Below are positions 1-12,984 of a stretch of 64,000 nt of DNA, one piece after another. The translations under genes were made by a program, and so were the position numbers. Within the stretch, counting starts at the first letter, position 1. Each line of letters opens with the position of its first letter. The notes below the pieces were generated by a model that had not been told where the DNA came from, searched no databases, and worked only from the letters and a program-made list of their open reading frames with translations. The stretch is from assembly GCF_018977255.1 (NCBI RefSeq), contig NW_024704742.1, positions 26,786,001 to 26,850,000 of the forward strand, in the 5' to 3' direction. This DNA comes from Callorhinchus milii. Its lineage: Eukaryota.

Positions 1-691
1 ATTAAACCCTCCTATATCATGTCTTTGCAGGCATGATAACTTAAGTGGTAGTGACAAGTTAAGATAGGGTCACATTATCAGGAGTTGTGTCAGGGACCAT
101 GATGGATGTCTTTTACAAATGGGCTAAAATATTGATTTTTGGTACATTACCATTTCTGTAGCCATAGAATCATAGAAGTTATAGCATAGGAAGAGATCCA
201 TTCAGCCTAAACTAGTGCTAGCTCATCTACTGTAGCTACTTTAATCCTAATTCCTTGCTCAGTCCATGTACATCAGTAAAATTATCTGAGAGGATGTTTC
301 TGAACATTAAAGGCTGAAACAGCACAATTGCTGAAACAATACATGTCAAAAGATTGTACCTGAGAGAGCTGACAGATGGCCTTGTGGATAAAGGCAATGC
401 CCGGAGGAATACTAGGCCACAATGTTGCCAGTTTGAATCCTGCCTTCAGCCCTTCTCCCCCCACCTTTTGGAACACCATCCAACAATCTCCTTGCCTCGT
501 TCCCTCCTTCAAGGCCCGTCCCAAGAACTTCCTCTTCGACCGCACCCTCCTACCCCCACCCTCCCTGCCCTCCACCTCTCCGAATCTCAATCCCCAGCTC
601 GGGTCTAATTCCTTGACTGTTCATCGCCTAGGGACGTCCTCCTGACTTGAAAATACAAATTAGTTTGTTGTTGTTGCTCTGTCAAGTTCCA

Positions 692-1065
692 TGGGGTCCT
701 GTAGCCCAGTGGTTAGAGCACTCGCCTCACAAATGAGAACCTGGGTTCCATTCTTGCCAGAGAGAAACATTGGGCAAGTTCCCTTACTCCACAAGTCTCT
801 GTTTACCGAGCGGTAAGTAGGAACCTGGTTGTTAGTTGATTGGAGGATTGCTTTTCCGTGGGTAATAATTACTTCCAAAAAAAAATAATAAATTGGTCAT
901 TCAATCCAGGACTATTTGTGGGACACTGCTGTGAGCAATTGGCTGCCACGTTTTGCCCACAAAATATACGGTCAATTGATTTTACAATATATTCTGTGAA
1001 GCACTTTGAGACGTCTTGAAGACATGATAAGGCGCTGTATCAAATGCAAGGATTAATATTATTAA
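692..1065 (+). mobile_element. tRNA-derived SINE with Deu-like core and L2-like 3' tail
   Basis: tRNA-like head (GTCCTGTAGCCCAGTGGTTAGAGCACTCGC...CTGGGTTCCATTC), core TTTGTGGGACACTGCTGTGAGCAATTGGCTGCC, tail GAAGCACTTTGAGACGTC...GATAAGGCGCTGTATCAAATGCAAGGATTAATATTATT. Many copies occur in the window. Confidence 0.85.
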
Positions 1066-4000
1066 ATTAGTTAATCTCAACCAAGGCAGCATTTGGAACT
1101 CTACAATTGACCTCAATGCTGAGAAAGGGGGGTTTAGCTGTCGATTTCACCCCCCCCCCCCCCCCCACTCCCCCCATGATCACAACTATGTTGCCCGAAA
1201 CAGAACATTAGGTGAGGATAGAATCATGCTCAGCTGTGATACCTCATCGTCCAATTCCCCCCTCCCCCCACTTGGCCAGTTTTAAAAGCTTGGCAAGACC
1301 CACACTTGGACGAGAGCCTATGAAGAACAAAAATAAAGAATCAGGAGGGCATTGGAGAAGCAAATGGTGATTTTTAAAAAGTGACAGTATCTTGATAAAT
1401 GTTAACTTGGCTTCAAGCACTCCAAGATGCTACCCCCACATGAAAGGTGTTATACAGATGCAAGTTGTTGTTGTTGTCTTGCTTGCACTGTGCGAGGCCA
1501 AATCACTTTGGTCCAAGAGATTACCAGCACTTGTGGTTAAAGCATATGCTTAAAGAGGGTAATGATACTCTGCCATTTGCTTGGAATAGACACACACTCA
1601 AATATTATTTAACTTGGGTAATGCTAACCATTATTTGGGATTCAATATAGATAACTAATCTTTTGTGGAAGATATTTTCCCAACAATATTTAGTTTTCTT
1701 TTTGTGGGTTTAAATTTACTAACTTTTCTGCCTCCTGGAGAAACTAGGCTCGTTCAGGGCTGAAACATGAAATGTTTTTTTCTCTCTCTAGAGTTAATTA
1801 AATTTGTGACTAATGTATTCCTCTGTACCCAGACACACAATATTGTGAAACAAAAGTAAATGTTATTTGATTCCAAGGAAAGACATGGTTTTGTTTATAA
1901 CAATGGTTCAACAAATGGGATTATTGCTTTGCTTTTTGTTTCAAATCAAATCAACATAAAAGCACAAACACAAATTATCTTCTGAATCTTGATATCTTTC
2001 AGTTTGTTGAAACTTAGAAATTGCTACACTGCTTTTTTTAACGAAAGAATACCCAATTGTTCGACTTGAACAAATGCATATAAAGTGGATTGAATGAAAT
2101 TTCTAAATTAACGGTAACAATGTCAGTCTTTCTCCAGTACTAATGGCTATTTTGTTACCATTAATAAATATTCTGTAGCTTTACTGCTGAGTATTTCACA
2201 CTGCTAAAATACCATAACAACTTAATTTAGGTTTATAAATTATAAATGTGGAAAGTGTATGAAATTCAGTTTGTAGTAATAAATGTGAAAATAGCAAGAT
2301 TATGCAAATTACAATGATTATGTCATGATGGGAGAGCGAATGTATTATCCAGTGGCTGACAATGTCCCACTTATAATAATAATAATAATCCTTGCATCCT
2401 TATCACGTCGTTGAGACGTCTCAAAGTGCTTCACAGAATGTACTGTAAAGTAAATTTACTGTATTTTGTGGATTGTCACCCTCTTTCTCGCATGCTCAAA
2501 CTTGTTCAAAGTTCCAAGTGTAATATTTTTGTCTAGAACCTCAACATTGTGGAGCTCCTTATCTCTCTTTGTATAATCTAACTAGATCTTCGTGACTTGT
2601 CTTGTTTTCGATGATGCTGTTGCCAGCATTGTTGATGCCCTAACATATGAGCTTTGACCCATCGTTTAGGTTTTCATTTACAAAATAACATTGATTTATG
2701 ATCATCAGCATGTGTATCATGACAAGTGAAAAATACACCAAATGGAAATTACTTTGATTTAACGCTTGTGCTCAGTGACAGTAACACTTTCCAGTATGAC
2801 CATTGTGCGTCATCCTTTATCAAAACACTGAATAAAGAATGAACTTGCATTTTTTTATTATAATAATAATCCTTGCATTTCATAATGCATTTCACATTAG
2901 GAGAAAGTATCAAATGTTTCGCCTGGTTTACTGTAAATTGTGTTTTGTAGGCAAATGGTCTCTGATACAATAAAAAAAACTATTTTTACAGTAATTACTA
3001 TCAAGTACAGACATGTTTTTATGGGTAAATTCCAATTTAAACAAAGCAAATCCACAGAAACAGCAAACAGTGAAAGGCCAATTAAACTGGGTATTTATTG
3101 GCTTGATCACCAGAGGTAACTCTCTTCTGTTCTTCTATAGCATCATAGGATATAATAATAATCCTTACATTTGATATTATGCCTTATCATGTCGTCAAAA
3201 TGTTTGAAAGTTTGAAACAGGATTTACTGTAAAGTGTAGTGACTTGTGTATTTGTAGGTGAACATGGCTGTCAATTTGCAATGTTGCTCAAACAACCATG
3301 AATTGAAAGACCAGTGACTTTCCCCAAAGGAATAAGAAAAAATAAGTTACTCTGACTTGCTCTTTGACATTCCCCATTCAAATGCCAATTGAAATGTAAC
3401 ATATGTAGAAGCCGTTCCATCCTATTGAATGTAAAATGGTGCATGATGCTGGGTAACTTTAAGAGAGGGGTATTAAAAGTTATTTATAAATGGAAAAATC
3501 TTCCTTGACGGAATATTAGTTAAAGGCAATGCAGGAGCTGCACAGACAAGGAAAGAATCAGCCAGGGTCCCACCTCAGATCCTCTCCACTGCAACCGCAT
3601 ATGCTTCAAATGGCCTTTCAATGCTTCCTATTTATGCTCGTGATGAAGAATGGGACATGGGCAAAGTGCTGGGTGGGGGGGCTCCCAACCCCAGTGTAAT
3701 ATACCTCAACACAAGTAGCCACCAATAGGAGAAGGGAGAAAAGTTTGGGGGAAAAAAAGAGAAAATTTGAAATGAAAAGGTCCCATTGTCAGGAAAACAA
3801 AAAGGGGTTCATTTGCTCACAGAAAAATCCCCACAAGACTTCCACTCATGTTAATTAAATTATAAATAATGTTTTTGTGCAATAAAATGCACTTGCATTA
3901 AATATTAATGTTACTGAATGTTTTTAAGTAACAAATGGTAGATGCACAGCCACATACATTTATACGTACACACACACACACAAAAATCTTGCTGTCTCTG

Positions 4001-4474
4001 GTTAGTTAAGACTTTGAAACTGTTTATATGCTGTATATTATTTTAAAATCTCCTGAACTGCACAATCGATTCTCATAAAAGAACGAGAATATTAGTTTCA
4101 TTAAAAATGACAGAACAGAGAGATTTAAAGGATTCCCTGTGGCGTGATCCCTAATGGATCACCTGCTAACCCATTTTGGGTTATTAAATCCCTCGAGTTA
4201 TTGAACTGCCTGAAGGAAGGGATTAAGAAGGTTACTCACAATCTGCCATCTGTTAGGAATATTTCCTAATTAACTGTTGCAGGATGTAACATCAGATTTG
4301 TGTTTTGAAATATGAATAATGCATGTGGAATTGTTCTATCTACACAAATCATTCTGTAATCATTTTCCTATATTTTTCTACAATTATTAGTAAAATTTTT
4401 GTAAATTATCCATACTTTAAATTGTATTTCTGCCAAATCATTTGTTTCAGATGTACCTCATTTACATCTGAAAC

Positions 4475-4785
4475 AAATAATAATAATAATAATCCTAGCA
4501 TTTGATATAGCACTTTTCACGTGTTCTAAATGTCTCAAAGCGTTTCACAGAAAATACTGTAAAGTGAATTGACTGTATATTTGTGGGCAAAACGCGGCAG
4601 CCAAATTGTGCACAGCAGTGTCCCACAAACAGTCATGGATTGCAGTGACCAATTTTATTATTGTTTTTTTTTCTTGAGGGATTATTATCAGGCACGTGGA
4701 GTAAGGAAACTTCCCAAGGTTTCGCTCTGCCGGGAATCAAACCCAGGCCTCTTGTTTGTGAGGCGAGTGCTACAGGACTCCACAA
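4475..4785 (-). mobile_element. tRNA-derived SINE, same family
   Basis: Reverse complement of the 692-1065 element, including the (AAT)n tail and a partial tRNA-like head. Confidence 0.85.
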
Positions 4786-5229
4786 ATCTACCTATAATAC
4801 CTCCCTTTAAGGTTTGAGTACAGGATTTGAGGTGCGGTGCAAAACAGAAATAAAAAGCTTAGGAACAATTTGGAGATAAGGTATCTATGTATGGTATTTA
4901 GTTGGATTTTTATGATCTGATCCAATGATATTCATTTGTTAGCTTTGTCATCACAAAGCATTCAATTTGAAAATATCAGCTACATTTCCTAGGCAAATAT
5001 TAAACAAGGGATGGCAAATTCTTTTTCATTTGGTTGAGTGATCCCAGAGTTTTTTTACAGCACCCTGGATCTTTGTTGTGCTCTGCTACCAATTGGCAGG
5101 ATGTTGTTTTGAACCTACAACTCAGTTATAGGATGCCAGGCCCTTCCCAACTGTGTGGAGACTCAGTGTCCCGGTCCGACATCACATTCAGCACTGCTCT
5201 GCCTAAGTGTATATTTCTGCTGCATTGTC

Positions 5230-6340
5230 AGGACTTGACATGATGACTTCACATAATCACAAGAGAGATTTGGATGAAACAGTGCTTCTTCAGGACTGTG
5301 TCCATGCAAACATTGGTGTCCAACACAACCTCTAGGTACCGATAAGAATCAATAATTGGACAGTTGGACAGTATCTTCCAATCAATACCCTTAATGTCTT
5401 CTTTTGAGTCTGCAGAAACATGATTCCGTATTTGGGGTCACTCACCATCATCTCCCAAGATGGTGAGTGCAGTGCAAAAATGAGTCAAGCACAATGTTGT
5501 CCGTAAACAGAAGTGTTGCAATCCTGTCAGAAAGATTTGGAACACAAAATCGACCCCTCAATGCCATCCAGCATGTCATCTATACACCGAATAGGATAGA
5601 TGACATTGGGCTGCCCTTTCAAGAGGGATGGGCTCAGTGAGTCCATCAGCGATCTGGATCTCAGAGATAAAATTCCAGATAAAATCCAAGATTTGGCCAT
5701 GTGACCCCATGGCTTCCAGTTTCATCATAGGAGCTTCATGAGGAACTAGGTCGAAAGCCTTGCGAAAGTCGATAAACGCATCATAGATGGGTTTCTCCTT
5801 AGTTTTACGACATTCTGCAATCTCATACAAAGCCACAATCTCGCTCACACATTCTTCACAAGAATGGAAGCCAGCTTCTTCCTTCCTGATCAAACCACGA
5901 GCCCCCAGTGTAAGCAGTACATACACAGTAACTACGCGAATAATAATTTGAAAAGTCAATAAAATCAGTGAGATTCCTCTGTAGTTCTCGTTGTCACTAG
6001 GGTCACATTTCTTTGTGGATAGAAACCAGAATTAGTGCATGCCTCAGAGAACGACTTGTTGACCAGCACTAGGAGGGCAGCTCCAAGGAGTGTTGGAGGT
6101 TCTTGTGTCGGATCTGTAAAATCCTGAATGTTCTCTGTTCTCTCCCCCAGCCCCCAGAGCAGCTTTTAGAAACTCGGTGTTAATGCCATCTGCACCTGCT
6201 GCCTTACCATTAGAAAGGCGCTGCAGTGTGAAGTCCACCTCCTCCCAATGGATTGAGTCGTTAAGGCCTTCAATCTGTTCTACACCTTCCCTCAGCTCTC
6301 CCAACAACAACTCTCTGCTTCCTTCCCTTCAGCCAATCTG
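5230..6340 (-). mobile_element. Degenerate non-LTR retrotransposon RT fragment, not of the local L2/CR1 type (possibly RTE/RTEX-like)
   Basis: Minus-strand frameshifted motifs in order: RLSNGKAAGADGINTEFLK, DPSDNENYRGISL, EEAGF..EECV..IVALYEI..AFIDFRKAFDLVPHEA, LLFTDNIVL (degenerate FADD, 5496-5507), PIIDSYRYLEV. Confidence 0.85.
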
Positions 6341-7504
6341 TATCTATTTCCATGTCTTCCGCTTGATACCTAGTGACATGGTAATAGATACAAACTGGGG
6401 GAGTCTTTCATGTGATACTTCGTTAAAAAGCCTTTTGGATGTCCAGTCAGTCAATTTGAGCTGTCATCTCGTAGTAAACGTTTATGAGGTTGGTCAGACA
6501 AGATTGACCATTTCTGAACGCGTGTTAGTTGTTATTTATTAGATAATTTTTATACTTCCCAGAGGCGGAGTGGGGGGGGGGAGGGAGTCACTTTGAGGTC
6601 AGTCAAAAATTGGCCAAACCTCACTCACTAATCTGTACTTTTTCACAATTACCCACAGCCTGCCCACTGACTGACCGGCAGCCTCTTCCAACAATAACGG
6701 CCCCGTATCAATTGAAAGCCAGCTATCAGCCATAACTTGCCCACTGACTGCCCAGTCTGCCAATCAGTGACATTTTTGAAGGAAGTGGAGACGTGGAACT
6801 AAATCAGCAAAATCTTGACCTCGACATCCGCCCCCCCCCCCCCCCGCAACCCCCAACCCTCCTTCCTTCAACCCGAGATTCACCCCTGAATCTTCCACTT
6901 TGTTTCTAATGCTTGACTCCATAATATATATATATATATAGTATGCATGTCACATTGGATTTGAAAAGACAGCTGCAAGGAAGGTGAATTTCAGCTCATT
7001 TTTCAATATCTTCACTGTGGTGTACCTAAAATTTCTAAGAACTCTTCACGTAATTGAGTAATCATGAATAATACAATTATTAAATATATGGAGGGCATCA
7101 CAACTGAGTTCAATTCTTTGACCACATACATATACACATTTTCCAACAGATAATGATCAGGAGCAAAGAATGTAGAGTAGGGATAGCACAGCACCAAAGT
7201 TTCGCTGGACAGGTTTTCAGTGTAAAGGTTACAGCATGTAAACAATAATACTGTACTAATGTATGTGCGATACTGATTTTCATTCCACCTGTGCAAGATA
7301 CTAATCTGACATTTTTCACAAGCCATTGACAGGTGAGTTGCAAAATTAAATGTGTCTGCACTGTACACTCAACATTAGTGAGCTCACAGTTGTAACCATA
7401 CCAAGTCGCACTTAGTTTCTGGCCACTTTGTGGAACTCATTCAGCGGAAATAGAAAAGAATGGCATACTCCAAATGTTTCATTATTTGCTGCCTGTCTCC
7501 CTCT

Positions 7505-7900
7505 CTGTGAGTATTGTGTCCAGTTTGGGCACTTTACTATATTAAGGATGTCAAGACCACTGGGGATGAGTTTGTTCTTATGAGGAGAAACTGGAGAAGT
7601 TAGGAATGCTTCACTTAAAATAGGGATAATTGAGAGGAGACCTGATAGAAGATTTTTAAAATTATGTGTTTTGATCGCATATTACAAAGATAAATAAATT
7701 CTACTGGTTGGTGAGTTGATAACTAGAGAGTGTAAATTTCAGGTAGTTAACAAAAGAGCAAAGGCAGAGGTTAAAAATGTTTACTCACAACATTGCTAGG
7801 ATGTGGCATGTCCAACCTACAAGGATGGCTGAGGCAGAATCTGTATTAGCTTTCATTAGATTAATATCTGAAAAGCAGAAGTACGGAGAAAATGAATAAT
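7505..7900 (+). mobile_element. CR1 LINE 3' fragment (degenerate)
   Basis: GAGTATTGTGTCCAGTTTGGG...CTGGAGAAGTTAGG...TTGAGAGGAGACCTGATAGAAG, typical of the CR1 ORF2 C-terminus (EYCVQFW; LRGDLIE). Confidence 0.7.
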
Positions 7901-9247
7901 AATAAGAATGGGACTAACCATTCAGCTGTTTCAATCCTGGGAAGCAGGGCTTCTTTTCACTTGATTCTTGTTAACCCTGCAAACCAAGCATGCACCATTA
8001 ACTGAGTAGCCTCCCATGATGTTATCTTCTATGGTTCTACGAATAGCTCCGTTCTTGAGTTGTGTGTAGACGTGATAAGGTGCTGTATGAAATGCAAGCA
8101 ATATCATTATTTATGCAAACATGTTTGTGCGTGGGGGACAAGTGGGGGGGGGATCTAAAAAACACTGTACTCAATACATATTTGTGCGTTGAGAAACTTG
8201 AATGGTGATTTTCAAATTATGTATCAAACGCATGTAGTTTCTGCAAAATCAATAAAGATTATTTCCTTTGTAGGGCTTTCTTTAATCGTTAAATCAAAGG
8301 CAATGCTCCACACACTGCAAGCATTGGCATTGTTCATCTGTGGAAAATCACTCTCAGGAACAACTTACCTTTAAGATATTTTGGCAGCATAACATCATGA
8401 ACCAGTGGACATTTGTTCCACGTGATGCCAGGCTCCCCTCACAGGCACTCTATTAAAGAAAACAAATATTTGTGAGACATGTCTGTTTTTTATCTTGTAC
8501 CTTTCCCAAGTTGCCATAATTGTGAGGCTCAACAGTGAGGCCCACAAGCTATTTGATCACAGCACAGGAATATGACAGCTGAGCCCAATCCTGTCCTCAA
8601 CCAGCACTCACAAGTGTGGGGATCGGACTTGCGCACTTCTGTATGACTCAGCTGTTCATTAAATAAATTTGCTGCGCAATAGTGGAGCTTTATTAACAAA
8701 TTACTTTCAATTGTCATGCTTTCAAGAAAGAAAACAGTTGACAGTGTCTATTAGATATAGTCGCAATATTGACAGTGTCTATTGGATATTGCCCTGGAGT
8801 GTTCTGCACAATGCTGAATATAATTTGTTGAACACAATAAATTCAATTCATGATGAAAGCCATTTAAGTTAATGGAAAAGTGAAAGTATCAATTGCTACC
8901 AAAATAATATCAAAAAATGTATCCAAAGCAATAAAGGAATTCACGATAATCCACTATCTATGCATTTTTTTTGTTCTCAGCTGGGCCAGCAGGAGTGCTA
9001 CCATTTCTTTCAGCACTTCCAAGCAGCAGTTCCTATGAGATTTGTGTATATCCTCAGAGGATCCTTCTGCAGCTGTCTCAGTAGCCCAGTTCCTGAGTCT
9101 GCATGTCCTTAGAGGTAGAGATTATTTCCACTTTACTCTTCATAAATATACAGTCAATTCACTTTACAGTATATTCTGTGAAGCGCTTTGAGATGTCTAG
9201 AAGATGTAAAAAGCCCTATATCAAATGCAAGGATTATTATTAATATA

Positions 9248-9350
9248 AACAAAAACAGAAGTCGCTGGGAACACTCAGCAGGTCAGGCAGTATCTATGGT
9301 GAAAGGAAAGTGAGTCAATATTTTGGGTCCATGACCTTTTGTCAGAACAG
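9248..9350 (-). mobile_element. Penelope-like terminal-repeat fragment
   Basis: Matches the arm at 35290-35395 (GCTGGGAACACTCAGCAGGTCAGGCAG..ATCTATGG..GAAAGGAAAGTGAGTC). The hammerhead-like core is decayed. Confidence 0.6.
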
Positions 9351-9667
9351 TTTCGTTTTGCATTTTATTAGTATAACTCTTCAAGCGTTCTCCTGTTCTT
9401 CACAGTCCTGAGCACAATTAGAGACTGGGATATGAATCCAAGTCACACAGGTCATCTCTTCAGGTTGCATGATTCTCACTTTTCACACACAAACACCCTT
9501 CTTGACACATTAAAACTTTGCATTTAACCACCCACTCATAGGAAGTTCAGGAGGAACTTCCTCACACAGAGGGTGATGAGAACATGAAATTCACTGCAGG
9601 AAGCCTTGGTTGAAACAAAAAGCATCAATGTGTTTAAGAGGAAACTCTAATCATACACTAGGAAGGG

Positions 9668-11025
9668 GATTTTTGGGTCAGTCCAGTGTCTGACACATTC
9701 AGAAACCCATCACCATGCTTAACCCCATCTCCACTACATAGCCTGGCTCCGCCACTGTCTCACACCACAGGCCGCCGAAACCCTTATACACGCTTTCATT
9801 ACATCGAGCTTGACTATGCAAACTCACTGCTTGTCGTCCTCCCCAACTCCTCCCTCCATAGATGCAGACCATCCAGAACTCTGCAGCTCATGTCCTCTTC
9901 CACACTGAGCTCCGCTACCCCCTCGATCCCATCCTCGCCTGACTCCACTGGCTTCCCATCACACAGAGGATACAGTTCAATATCCTTCAAAGCCCTCCAT
10001 GGTCTTGCTCCCCCCTATCTCTGCAACCTCCTAACCTGCTACCATCCTGTTTGTTCCCTCTGCTCAGTGTGCTCCGGCCTGCTTCATGTCCCCCGCCTTG
10101 CTCACCCCATTATTGGTGGACGGGCCTTCGGCCACTCTGCCCCAACCCTCTGGAACTCCATCCCACAGTCCCTCCGCCTCACCTGCTCCCTTTCCACCTT
10201 CAAGACCCATCTCAAGGCCCTCCTCTTAGACCGTGCTTTCGATCTCCTTGCTTCCCCCCCTGACCTCCACCCTCCCCGACCTTGACCCCCAGCTCAGGTC
10301 TGAAACTCTGTCTGTCCAGCGCCTTGGGATGTCCTCCCGACGTGAAATGTAATTTTGTCGTTGTTGTTAAGAGTATCCAAACCAAATAGAGAATTCCATG
10401 TATCTCACCTATACATGGAAATCCCAGATAGATTGTTGCAATGTAATGTGCGCTCTCTCCCTGGAGGGATGCATCCTGCTTATCTAATTCCGTAAAGTAT
10501 TGGTTGCAGGTTGGCAAGTGCTAAGACTTGGGGACCCCAGAGTGTGCGTTGGAGTCTAACCAGCTAAAACGACATAGCTTGCCACTGATAGCACTGTCTG
10601 ACAAGCTTTCCCATTGCTTGTCCAGCTAGGACCACCCTAGTTTTGGCTTGCAGGGTTAACAGGATCCATGATCCAAAATGGGGGCAGGCAGAATCCCCGC
10701 CCCCATTTTCTGCCCCCCAAGTGCTGCTGATGAGCCAGGCTGGCTGTGCTGTCGCAAGCAGTGTCCTGGAGTACTGCGGAACTGTCTGGCTCAGCAAGAG
10801 GACTACCGAGACCGCCACAGAGGGCTGGCTCAATTCTGATATTCCATTGCATTCTGCTTACCTCATTCTGTAAAGTATTAGGTGCAGGTTGGCAAAACCC
10901 TGGGGACTCCAGAGTGTGCGTTGGGGGTACTGCTGGAGTCTAACCAGCTAAAACCGCATAGATTGCCATGGATAGCACTGTCTGGCAAGCTTTCCTACTA
11001 CTTGTCCAACAAGGACCACCCTAAC
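9668..11025 (+). repeat. Unclassified interspersed repeat (copy A), interrupted by an L2 and with an internal direct repeat
   Basis: 9668-9722 plus 10366-10845 match the reverse complement of 26470-26990 and 53570-54172. 10468-10640 recurs at 10847-11025. Confidence 0.7.
9723..10365 (+). mobile_element. L2-clade LINE 3' fragment
   Basis: LDYAN...FKALHGLAPPYL...IIGGRAFGHSAPTLWNSIP...FKTHLK, then the 3' tail GCGCCTTGGGATGTCCTCCCGACGTGAAA...(TTG)n. Confidence 0.9.
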
Positions 11026-11479
11026 CTAGACTCAATCACCAAAACAATTGTTTTGATTTCTCTTTTCTATTACTACAGCACTTAAGTTAAAAGAGCTTTA
11101 AAAGAGATAGAGTACATTAGAATATACAGCACAGAAACAGGCCATTCGGCCCAACTGGTTTATGCCAGTGTTTATGCTCCACATGAGCCACTAGTTGTTG
11201 AATATGTCATATCATCTTTTTTTTATTACTGTTGAAGTGAATTCAGAGAAGAAATTAAATGAATTGCATTCTCTTATTTCGTACCTTTACTGAAAAGTTA
11301 ATACGTGAAGAGAGATAATAACCCTTGAAATTGACCTTTTATCGGGGCAAAGTCTCAAAGGCGCCTTACAAAGGTTTATTGCAAAATGTAGTGACTGCGT
11401 AGGTTGAAGGTCAATTTGTTTTTAACCCCTCCCTCCCCCCCCACCACCTACACACACACACACACACATTGAGCAACCT

Positions 11480-12930
11480 CGCTTGATCGAGTCTCTGGTG
11501 GCGAGCAGTGTTGCAAGCGAAGACGTCAATCAGCAGTTGCCAGAAATAAATGTACGCTTGTAGCCCAGAGTCCACCAAACACGAGCCCAAACGTAGCCCA
11601 ACCGCACGCCTTGCCCGCAATGGGTAGCGAACGGTCCAATTTAGGCGAGTGCTTTTCGAAACGGTGCAAGAAAAGATCTTCGAGGAGGAGGAGGAGGAGG
11701 AGAAGGAGGGGGGGACGTTTTGCAGGTTTTAATGACTTAGGCACCCGCCCAACGCCGTGTGTTTTCTTTATACACACACACACACACAGTAATAACAACA
11801 CAAAACCCGCCCCAATTGGGCGTGAACCCGCCCAATCGGCGCCCGCGTGAGCTGCGGGGGGCGGGGGAGCTGCCCATCAGCGGGAGCGGCGCGGGGCTCG
11901 CGCGGTGCGGGCGGCGGGCGGGCTCCGGCTCTTGCGTCAGCGCGTCGTTGACGCTGACGCTGACGCTCCGGTCGCCTACGTGCCTTTGCCCTGACGACGG
12001 GGGAGAGGGAAGGGGCGGGTGAGGCAGTCAGGCACAGGCGGTGGTGGTGGGGGGGGAGGGGGTGTGTGTGTGTGTGTGGGGAGGGGGGGGGGGGCTGGGC
12101 TCGCCTCGCGCTGGTGGAGGGCGGCGGCGGACGTTAGCGGCTCCTCGCAGAGGGCGAGGGGAGCGAAGGAGGCGGAGACGGTGGGAAGTGCCGAGGACGA
12201 ACACACACATATACACACACACTCACTCACTCACCACACACACACACACGCAGCGGCCCGGCTTCCCGCCCACAGCCACAGCTCCCCGCCGGCCGGGCTC
12301 CTCCACAGGGTGGGAGGGAGGGAGGGAGGGAGGGAGCTGCCCCTCCAACTGCCGCCGCCGCCGCCGCTCCTCCTCCTCCTGCTGCTGCTGCTGCTCCTGA
12401 GGGGCAAAGAAACGGGTAAATAACCTGAGTGATACTGATGATGGCGGCGCCGGCGGCGGCGGTGGTGGTGGTTGTGAGGCGCGGGGATTGTAACGGCCCC
12501 GGGGTGGGTGGGTGGGGGGGGCCTGGGGTCTGGGGGGGCCTGGGGTGGGGGTGTGGGGGGGCCTGGGGTGGGGGTGGGGGGGCTGGGGGGGGGGGGGGGT
12601 GTGTGGGGGGGGGTTTGACGAGTGACTGAGAGGCCGCGTCTCGGTCGCTGCTTCTGTTCCTGTCGTCGTGCGATGATGTGGTCGCTCGGCGGGTGGTAAC
12701 GGGAAGGGGCCGTTGACGCCGGTCGCTTCGCTTCTTCTTCACGCCTTTCGGCCGGAGAGGGGGGGGTGGTGGTGGGGGGTGGGGGGGCCCTCACCGCCCG
12801 CCGGTTCAGTGGTGCCGGCTGTCGGGAGGGAGGGGGGGGGCGCGGCGTTTGTGTTCAGAGAGGGAGAGGAGGGGAGTCGGTTGGTTCCCTGACCACAGGG
12901 CCCCGCTCGTCGCTGCTGTGATGTGGATTT
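11480..12930 (+). promoter_or_regulatory. KIAA0232: CpG island / probable KIAA0232 promoter
   Basis: Very high CpG and GC content against a CpG-depleted background. GC boxes, CCAAT boxes (palindrome CCCAATTGGG 11811-11820, CCAAT 11832-11836) and CRE half-sites (CGTCA 11935; TGACGC x3 11949-11966). It is the only CpG island upstream of the KIAA0232 coding exons in the window. Confidence 0.75.
12100..12415 (+). other. KIAA0232: Candidate non-coding first exon of KIAA0232 (5' end uncertain)
   Basis: GC-rich leader-like sequence with (GCC)5GC(TCC)4(TGC)5 at 12351-12394, ending at a donor-like CGG|GTAAAT at 12415/12416. Confidence 0.4.
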
Positions 12931-12984
12931 TTTTTTTGGGTGCGACTTGTTTGGTGTTTTGTTTTTTTTAAAAAAATAAATAAA

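Noticed and set aside
10724..10770. CTGATGAG in the unclassified repeat as a hammerhead or C/D-box motif
   Set aside because: No correctly placed GAAA or cleavage triplet follows stem II, and there is no convincing D box. It reads as a simple hairpin.
11611..12794. Many overlapping ORFs in the CpG island
   Set aside because: GC-rich and microsatellite-rich sequence depleted of stops. The translations are low-complexity with no recognisable protein.
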